NCBI RefSeq assembly: GCF_000196555.1
Contig: NC_015067.1
Span: 390,001 to 422,000 of the forward strand
DNA length: 32,000 bases
Reading direction: 5' to 3'
Source of the DNA: Bifidobacterium longum subsp. longum JCM 1217
GTDB lineage: Bacteria > Actinomycetota > Actinomycetes > Actinomycetales > Bifidobacteriaceae
Shown: in pieces, positions 26,418 through 32,000 of the stretch
Numbering within the stretch: position 1 is the first letter of the stretch
Layout of the letters: each line of letters begins with the position of its first letter
Translations under genes and position numbers: made by a program
Notes under the pieces: model-generated
Told to the model about the DNA's origin: nothing
Databases searched by the model: none
Seen by the model: the letters and a program-made list of their open reading frames with translations, nothing else

Positions 26418-27698
26418 ATGAGCGCGACTGCGAATCGAACAGATACGACGTATACGTTTGGCGTGATTACGCCCGAAGAGCTCGACCGGCTTTCCGAAGC
26501 CACAAGCCAGGGCAGCTTCCAGCAATGGTCCGGGCAGGTCCGTCTTGCCAAGATTCGTGGGCATGAAGCCGAATGCGTTGGCGTGTGCGACGCATCCGGC
26601 AATCTGGTAACCGGCTGCGTAATTCTGTACCTCAATGGTCGTTTCGGTGCAGATGGCTCCGTATATTTCGGCCCCATCGGCATTAGCGATGATCCGGCTC
26701 TGCTGCGGGCCATAACCGAGGCGATTTGCGAATCAGCCCGTCGCCACCATGCTGTTTCCGTAGCATGCTGGCCTAACGTCGCCTACCGTCTGTATTCCTC
26801 GGACGGGCAGCCCGACGGCGAGCCGAACGATGCACTACTGGCCGGATTCGCCGATGCCGGCTGGACGCATGGCGGATTCCATACCGGTTATGACGTGGTC
26901 TGTCAGTGGATGTACGTCAAGGATCTCACCGGCATCACCAACGGCAAGGAACTGCTGGCGTCATTCGGCAAACGTGCTCAGTGGAGTGTCAAGCGGGCGC
27001 AGTCGATGGGTGTGCACGTTCGTGAGATCGGCCCCGACGAGTTCGACGTGTTCGCCGATATCGAACGGCGGACCGGTGAACGCCGTGGGTTCGCGACGCG
27101 TGGCGCGGACTATTTCCGCCAGTTCAAGCAGGCGTATGGCGCAGATGCGCATTTCATGCTCGCGGAAATCCACATCGCCGAATATGTGGCGGATATGACC
27201 GCCAAGCGCGAGGCGTTGCAGGCCAAGGTAGCTCGATTGCAGGCGAAATACGATGAACGTCCGACCACGCGTATCGAACGTCAGCTGGGGGAGGAATCAC
27301 GCAATCTCGCGGCCGCCGACAAGCGTCTGGCTGAGGTGGAGGGATATGCCAGGAAGGGCGATGTGCTGCCGGCAGCGGCTTCAATGTTCGTCAGTCACCC
27401 CAATGAGGTGGTCTATCAGTATTCCGGTTCGTTGGAGGAGTACAAGCCGTTCTACGCCTCGGCGCTGATTCAGTACGAAGCAATGCTGCATCTATGTGTG
27501 GAGAAGGGCGTGAGCCGCTACAACTTCTACGGCATTTCCGGCGTGTTCGACGATCCGAACGACGAGGGCCGCGGCGTGCTGGAATTCAAGCAGGGCTTTA
27601 ACGGCTACGTCGAGCAGATGGTAGGAAAATTCACGTTGCCGGTGGATAAGTTCCGCTTCGGCGTGAGCAATCTGGCGCACAAGCTGCTGCGCCGGTAG
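26418..27698 (+). CDS. FemXAB-family peptidoglycan cross-bridge transferase, paralog 3
   Basis: 426 aa. The C-terminal half is very close to paralog 1 (QWSVKRAQSMGVHVRE, DVLPAAAS, YKPFYASALIQ, DEGRGVLEFKQGFNGYVE). The N-terminal half is closer to paralog 2. Confidence 0.85.
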   Translation: MSATANRTDTTYTFGVITPEELDRLSEATSQGSFQQWSGQVRLAKIRGHEAECVGVCDASGNLVTGCVILYLNGRFGADGSVYFGPIGISDDPALLRAITEAICESARRHHAVSVACWPNVAYRLYSSDGQPDGEPNDALLAGFADAGWTHGGFHTGYDVVCQWMYVKDLTGITNGKELLASFGKRAQWSVKRAQSMGVHVREIGPDEFDVFADIERRTGERRGFATRGADYFRQFKQAYGADAHFMLAEIHIAEYVADMTAKREALQAKVARLQAKYDERPTTRIERQLGEESRNLAAADKRLAEVEGYARKGDVLPAAASMFVSHPNEVVYQYSGSLEEYKPFYASALIQYEAMLHLCVEKGVSRYNFYGISGVFDDPNDEGRGVLEFKQGFNGYVEQMVGKFTLPVDKFRFGVSNLAHKLLRR

Positions 27699-27780
27699 CA
27701 ACTGGCGGTCGGGGGACGAGCCTATGTGGGCTGCGTCTCGTCTGACCGTGCACCCGCCGTGTGCCTACTTGCGCATTTGC

Positions 27781-28782
27781 TCACACGCCCATCAGCGCGT
27801 GAGCCACAGCCATCATCACCAGTGAAATCATCGCGGTGATTGCCAGCGAGAAGCCGGCCAGTTTGGCGTTGCCGAGTACTTTGTCGGTGAACAGCGTGGA
27901 GAAAATGGCGATCGGAGCCAACGCGCAGATCACCATCACGGCGCGAATCGAAGCCGAGAACGGCAGCAGGAGCCACGCGATCAACGCGAAGGCGACGCTG
28001 AACGGTATACGCCAAGCGATGACGGCCATGACTTCCTTCACGTCATGCTTGGATTGGGGCAGGTCCATGAGCATGCCCACCATCAGCATCGACACCAGCG
28101 CGTTGGCGCCGCTCAATGGCTGGGTTATAGAGGCGATCCAATCGGGAATCTTCACGTTGGCGACGGTCAACACGATCATGAGCAGATACGTGTCGAACGG
28201 CACCGAGCCGAAGAAGCTCTTGCCGATGGTGCGCAGCAATGCGCGGCGGGCAAGCCGTTTGGCGTCGCGATCCTTGGGCTTTTCGTACGGTAGGGTGGGA
28301 GCCGAACCGGCGTGTTGTTCGGCAAGTGTTTTGCCGGGCTGAATATGCAGCAGTTGCTGGGTGAGCACATTGGTGCCGGCGGCCACCATCACGCAGTTGC
28401 CGATATCGAACATCGCAGCCGGCACCACCGCGCCCGCACCCCAGAATGACTGGACGACCGGGAAAGAAAAACAGCCGAGATTGAAGCCGGCACCGTTGAG
28501 CATCAGGAAGGCGCGGTCGGTCACATTGCGCTTGCGGGTGGCCAGAAAGATGAACACGACCGGGATAAAAGCAAACAGGAATGCGAATACCGAAATAAGC
28601 AGCAGCGAGATGTCATGCGGATTGGTGGCGAACGAGTATACGATGGCACCGGGCAGCACGATGTTGAATTCCGCGGTTTGCAACACGCGATAATCCTTCT
28701 GCCCGAACAGGCCGAACCGCTTGAACAGATAGCCGGCGAGAATGATCAGCAACAGACCAACCGGCGTAAGAATGGCGGACAT
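27781..28782 (-). CDS. AEC (auxin efflux carrier / malate permease-like) family transporter
   Basis: Start at MSAILTPVG (ATG 28782) with an AAGGAGAG RBS; the track start at 28803 is a GTG. About 10 TM helices in a two-halves architecture. Confidence 0.8.
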   Translation of the reverse strand: MSAILTPVGLLLIILAGYLFKRFGLFGQKDYRVLQTAEFNIVLPGAIVYSFATNPHDISLLLISVFAFLFAFIPVVFIFLATRKRNVTDRAFLMLNGAGFNLGCFSFPVVQSFWGAGAVVPAAMFDIGNCVMVAAGTNVLTQQLLHIQPGKTLAEQHAGSAPTLPYEKPKDRDAKRLARRALLRTIGKSFFGSVPFDTYLLMIVLTVANVKIPDWIASITQPLSGANALVSMLMVGMLMDLPQSKHDVKEVMAVIAWRIPFSVAFALIAWLLLPFSASIRAVMVICALAPIAIFSTLFTDKVLGNAKLAGFSLAITAMISLVMMAVAHALMGV

Positions 28783-28846
28783 ACACTTCTCTCCTTGACT
28801 CACACAGGCTCATGGCGCACAGGCTCAGACCCACAATGCTGTGACC

Positions 28847-28852
28847 ATTATA
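28847..28852 (-). promoter_or_regulatory. Candidate -10 hexamer for the AEC transporter gene
   Basis: Exact TATAAT on the minus strand, 65 nt upstream of the ATG. The -35 is weak. Confidence 0.3.
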
Positions 28853-28973
28853 TTTGCCGCCTTGGCATTGCCATATGTAGAGGCGTCCGCAAGGGCTTGC
28901 AATTGCCTCACGCATATACGAAAAGCCTCCCGGAATCGTTGGCAATCCAATGCTTCCAAGAGGCTCAAGCCGG

Positions 28974-29054
28974 TGCGCGAGATGGGACTTGAACCCACAC
29001 GTCAAAGACACAGGAACCTAAATCCTGCGCGTCTACCAATTCCGCCACTCGCGC
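28974..29054 (-). tRNA. tRNA-Leu(UAG)
   Basis: Minus strand reads GCGCGAG..CTCGCGC A. Anticodon arm CAGGA-TTTAGGT-TCCTG, a long variable arm, T-loop TTCAAGT. CCA not encoded. Confidence 0.85.
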
Positions 29055-29090
29055 GTGCATATCCGCGTTTCCACAGGTGTGGAAGATATA

Positions 29091-29135
29091 CAAAACCCTA
29101 GGCCGGACAGCCATTACAGACCAGCCAGCCTAGGG
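29091..29135 (-). terminator. Intrinsic terminator between tRNA-Thr and tRNA-Leu
   Basis: Minus strand has stem CCCTAGGC / GCCTAGGG followed by TTTTG, starting 7 nt after the tRNA-Thr 3' end. Confidence 0.55.
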
Positions 29136-29141
29136 CATCCG

Positions 29142-29214
29142 AGCCACTTGTCAGAATCGAACTGACGACCTGCTCATTACGAGTGAGCCGCTCTACCGAC
29201 TGAGCTAAAGTGGC
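29142..29214 (-). tRNA. tRNA-Thr(CGU), canonical
   Basis: GCCACTT TA GCTC AGTCGGTA GAGC G GCTCA CTCGTAA TGAGC AGGTC GTCAG TTCGATT CTGAC AAGTGGC T. All stems are Watson-Crick, the loop is 7 nt, and position 37 is A. Confidence 0.9.
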
Positions 29215-29502
29215 TTGGTTCGCGGAAGGCATTTCGCCAGCCGCGCACAAGAAATTAAGTATAAGACATCCCCGCGAAAAGTCCAATCGGCGGCTTGGCA
29301 GTTGTGTCGCGACCGCTCAGTCGAAGATGACGGTTGCGCCGCGCCATGAACTGTTCGATAATGCAAACGATGGCAATCCGACATCGCTGACTCATTTTGT
29401 TCTGTTCATGTCCGAATTTGTGAGTATTCTGTTTGGTGATACGGAGCGCATCCGAGCCGTGAGCGAAGGCGCTCCAGTCACTGATGAAAGGAATGGAATC
29501 CT

Positions 29503-31203
29503 ATGGCCATCAATCCGCCCGTTGACGCCACCCAGACCCCTGAGTGGGCTGCCCTGCAGAAGCACTATGACGAGCTCCAGGCCGAAGGCGTGAGCCTCAA
29601 GAAGTGGTTCGCCGAGGACGCCGAGCGTGTCGACAAGCTGTCCTTCGACGCCGGCGACCTGCACTTCGATCTGTCCAAGAACCTGATCAAGCCGGAAACC
29701 CTCCAGCTGTTCGCCAACCTTGCCAAGGCCGTCAAGCTCGATGAGCGCACCAAGGCTATGTACACCGGCGTGCACATCAACAACACCGAAGACCGCGCCG
29801 TGCTGCACACCGCGCTGCGCCGCCCGGTCGAAGACGAGGGCAAGTACATCGTTGACGGCCAGGACACCGTCAAGGACGTGCGCGAGACACTCGACAAGAT
29901 CTACGCTTTCGCTGACGACGTGCGTTCCGGCAAGTGGACCGGTGTGACCGGCCGCAAGATCGAGACCGTGGTCAACATCGGCATCGGCGGCTCCGACCTG
30001 GGCCCCGTCATGGTGTACGAAGCTCTGAAGCCGTACGCTGACGCTGGCATCTCCGCCCGCTACATCTCCAACATCGACCCGAACGACCTGGCCGAGAAGA
30101 CCAAGGGCCTCGACCCGGAGACCACCCTGTTCATCATCGTCTCCAAGACCTTCACCACCCTGGAGACCCTGACCAACGCTCGCGAAGCCCGCACCTGGCT
30201 GCTCGAAGAGCTCACCGCCAACGGCGCCATCGCCGAGGGCGACGAGGCTCAGAAGGCCGAGGCCATCAAGAAGCACTTCGTCGCCGTCTCCACCAACCTA
30301 GAGAAGGTCGAGGAGTTCGGCATCGACCCGAACAACGCGTTCGGCTTCTGGAACTGGGTTGGCGGCCGTTACTCCGTCGATTCCGCCGTCGGCACCTCCC
30401 TGGCCGTGATCTTCGGCCCGGCCCGTTTCGAGGAGTTCCTGCACGGCTTCCACGAGATCGACGAGTACTTCGCCAACACCCCGTTCGAGAAGAACGTCGT
30501 GGTGCTGCTCGGCATGCTGAACGTCTGGTACCGCAACTTCTTCAAGGTTGCTTCCCACGCCGTGCTGCCGTACGACCAGTACCTGCACCGCTTCCCGGCT
30601 TACCTGCAGCAGCTGACCATGGAGTCCAACGGCAAGTCCGTGCGTTGGGACGGCACCCCCGTCACCTCCGAGACCGGCGAGATCTTCTGGGGCGAGCCTG
30701 GCACCAACGGCCAGCACGCCTTCTACCAGCTGATTCACCAGGGCACCCAGCTCATTCCGGCCGACTTCATCGCGTTCGTCAACACCCCGAACCCGACCAA
30801 GGACGGCGACCAGGACGTGCACGAGCTGTTCCTGGGCAACTACTTCGCTCAGACCAAGGCTCTGGCATTCGGCAAGACCGCTGACGAGGTTCGCGCCGAG
30901 GGTACTCCGGAAGAGATCGTTCCGGCCCGCGTGTTCTCCGGCAACCGTCCGACCACCTCCATCTTCGGTGTGGCTCTGACCCCGTTCGCACTCGGCGAGC
31001 TCATCGCCCTGTACGAGCACATCACCTTCGTGGAAGGCACCGTCTGGGGCCTCGACTCCTACGACCAGTGGGGCGTCGAGCTCGGCAAGCAGCTTGCCAA
31101 GCAGATCACCCCGGCCATCTCCCAGGACGACGACGCCCTCGCCGCCCAGGACGCCTCCACCCAGAGCCTGATCAAGTTCTACCGCGCAAATCGCGAATTC
31201 TGA
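29503..31203 (+). CDS. pgi: Glucose-6-phosphate isomerase
   Basis: 566 aa with a GAAAGGAATGG RBS. PGI signatures (GIGGSDLGP and others). Confidence 0.95.
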   Translation: MAINPPVDATQTPEWAALQKHYDELQAEGVSLKKWFAEDAERVDKLSFDAGDLHFDLSKNLIKPETLQLFANLAKAVKLDERTKAMYTGVHINNTEDRAVLHTALRRPVEDEGKYIVDGQDTVKDVRETLDKIYAFADDVRSGKWTGVTGRKIETVVNIGIGGSDLGPVMVYEALKPYADAGISARYISNIDPNDLAEKTKGLDPETTLFIIVSKTFTTLETLTNAREARTWLLEELTANGAIAEGDEAQKAEAIKKHFVAVSTNLEKVEEFGIDPNNAFGFWNWVGGRYSVDSAVGTSLAVIFGPARFEEFLHGFHEIDEYFANTPFEKNVVVLLGMLNVWYRNFFKVASHAVLPYDQYLHRFPAYLQQLTMESNGKSVRWDGTPVTSETGEIFWGEPGTNGQHAFYQLIHQGTQLIPADFIAFVNTPNPTKDGDQDVHELFLGNYFAQTKALAFGKTADEVRAEGTPEEIVPARVFSGNRPTTSIFGVALTPFALGELIALYEHITFVEGTVWGLDSYDQWGVELGKQLAKQITPAISQDDDALAAQDASTQSLIKFYRANREF

Positions 31204-31303
31204 TTCGCTTTGCTCGGTCAGAATTCGTGATTCGCGCGACCGCGGCTGTGCTGTCTGGTGGGCAGTCTGGCGACTGCCCACGTCGCGAATTCTGATTCGC
31301 TTT
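31191..31303. repeat. 21-bp direct repeat TCGCGAATTCTGATTCGCTTT (31191..31211 and 31283..31303) including the pgi stop codon
   Basis: Exact 21-nt match 92 bp apart. The first copy contains the last pgi codons and the TGA. A partial inverted copy (TCAGAATTCG, 31218..31227) can pair with 31194..31203. Confidence 0.85.
31258..31281 (+). terminator. GC-rich hairpin downstream of pgi
   Basis: GTGGGCAGTC-TGGC-GACTGCCCAC, a perfect 10-bp stem. Confidence 0.5.
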
Positions 31304-31306
31304 TCT

Positions 31307-31332
31307 AGCTCCCCTCAATACTGAGGGGAGCT
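31307..31332. repeat. Palindromic hairpin element (copy 4, variant)
   Basis: AGCTCCCCTCA-ATAC-TGAGGGGAGCT, an 11-bp stem, immediately followed by a second small hairpin GTCAGC-GAA-GCTGAC (31333..31347). Confidence 0.55.
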
Positions 31333-31834
31333 GTCAGCGAAGCTGACTGAGAGGGAGTTATGGAACGCTCCGTATGCTCCCCCCTCAACTATGACTGTTG
31401 CCGGCGGCGAAACTACTGGAATAATCACCGTCCATCGGACTCTCACCTTCTTCAAGCCGTGCGCTGAAACGCCAAATCAATACCATCGTCGGTATCCATG
31501 CGACCAGCAGGAGGGACGGAAAGTATTCGAATCCGCCATCCGTGCTGCCTCGGCCAAACTGATGCGTTAATAACGGAGAGAGACGACGACACGCCGATAC
31601 TGTCCGCAATAATCCGTAAAATGGTCGATTGCTGTGTCGAGAAGTGGGCCGCCGCATAAGCCCACGTCTCCATGGGTCCAGCCCGAACGGCCGCAAGGCC
31701 TGACTTTCGGCGGATCGGCAGGCTTCCCAAGGGCAAACTCGAGGGATAACGAGAACAGGCCAACGCGCGCGATGCGTAATCGCGTGGATGGCCCCAGATC
31801 TGTGGCTGATATGCGGCAGCACTGAAGGAAAACA

Positions 31835-32000
31835 ATGGTTAACGCTGTTGAGGCTTTTGACGCCAAGCACATGAAGCCGGCCGAGGAAATCCCGGCCTTC
31901 CGTCCCGGCGACACCGTCGACGTGAACGTGAAGATCCAGGAAGGCAACAACTCCCGTATCCAGACCTTCACCGGCGTGGTGATCGCTCGTAAGGGCGCTG
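31835..32000 (+). CDS. rplS: 50S ribosomal protein L19 (5' part, runs off the window)
   Basis: ATG at 31835 with a GAAGGA RBS. Translation [54 protein letters not shown] matches the L19 N-terminus. Confidence 0.9.
   Translation, partial: MVNAVEAFDAKHMKPAEEIPAFRPGDTVDVNVKIQEGNNSRIQTFTGVVIARKGA

Noticed and set aside
23437-29214. Two same-strand tRNA-Thr genes as attL/attR of an integrated island containing the fem genes
   Set aside because: The 3' halves of the two tRNAs are not identical (GGTAG..CTATCGGGTGGCT versus GTCAG..CTGACAAGTGGCT). There is no integrase or other mobility gene, and GC looks host-like. The bracketing is noted only as context.
31391-31570. 59-aa plus-strand ORF (MTVAGGETTGIITVHRTLTFFKP..), below the track length cut-off
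   Set aside because: There is no Shine-Dalgarno sequence upstream. Third-position GC is only slightly above half, by my hand count, whereas real genes here appear to have much higher GC3. No recognisable family. It is left as part of the unexplained region.
31385-31870. Possible RNase P RNA or tmRNA in the pgi-rplS gap. The cues were GGAAAGT and GGCTTAT-like strings and a TTCGAAT string. The 161-, 127- and 134-aa minus-strand ORFs here were also considered.
   Set aside because: The P4-like strings are only ~45 nt apart and in the wrong arrangement. There is no GGGG..TTCGAC 5' end, no T-arm/ACCA 3' end and no Ala-rich tag frame for tmRNA. The ORFs are Arg/Ser/Pro/Cys/Trp-rich noise, and one overlaps the rplS start.

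Overview
High-GC actinobacterial chromosome. By inference it is Bifidobacterium, B. longum-group-like, based on protein sequences, gene order and the dispersed GGCTCCCCTC..GAGGGGAGCC hairpins. Most of the window is housekeeping core: rpsP plus a KH-domain gene, ffh, cysS, an ABC-F ATPase, ilvBN, the coaD / DivIVA-like / DUF177 / rpmF / rnc block, pncB, rph-rdgB, pgi and the start of rplS. Accessory or less ordinary content: (i) a lower-GC vapBC toxin-antitoxin islet wedged between the ABC-F gene and the ilvBN terminator. (ii) A divergent MerR(NmlR/AdhR-like) and aldo-keto reductase pair with a clear dyad operator. (iii) Three tandem FemXAB-family aminoacyl-tRNA-dependent peptidoglycan cross-bridge transferase paralogs. 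These are preceded divergently by a stand-alone tRNA-Thr(CGU)-like gene with an 8-nt anticodon loop, and a canonical tRNA-Thr(CGU) lies 5.6 kb away. I consider this tRNA plus Fem locus the best candidate for an undescribed system: a dedicated, translation-excluded tRNA feeding cell-wall bridge synthesis. That is a hypothesis, not a demonstration. Other observations: a dispersed palindromic hairpin family with one copy inside a CDS; several short tandem repeats that span stop codons; strand-asymmetric C-rich/G-poor spacers in the coaD-rnc block; and a ~0.5 kb ORF-poor, hairpin-rich region upstream of rplS. No CRISPR array, transposase or rRNA was seen. Many long ORFs in the track are antisense high-GC artefacts.
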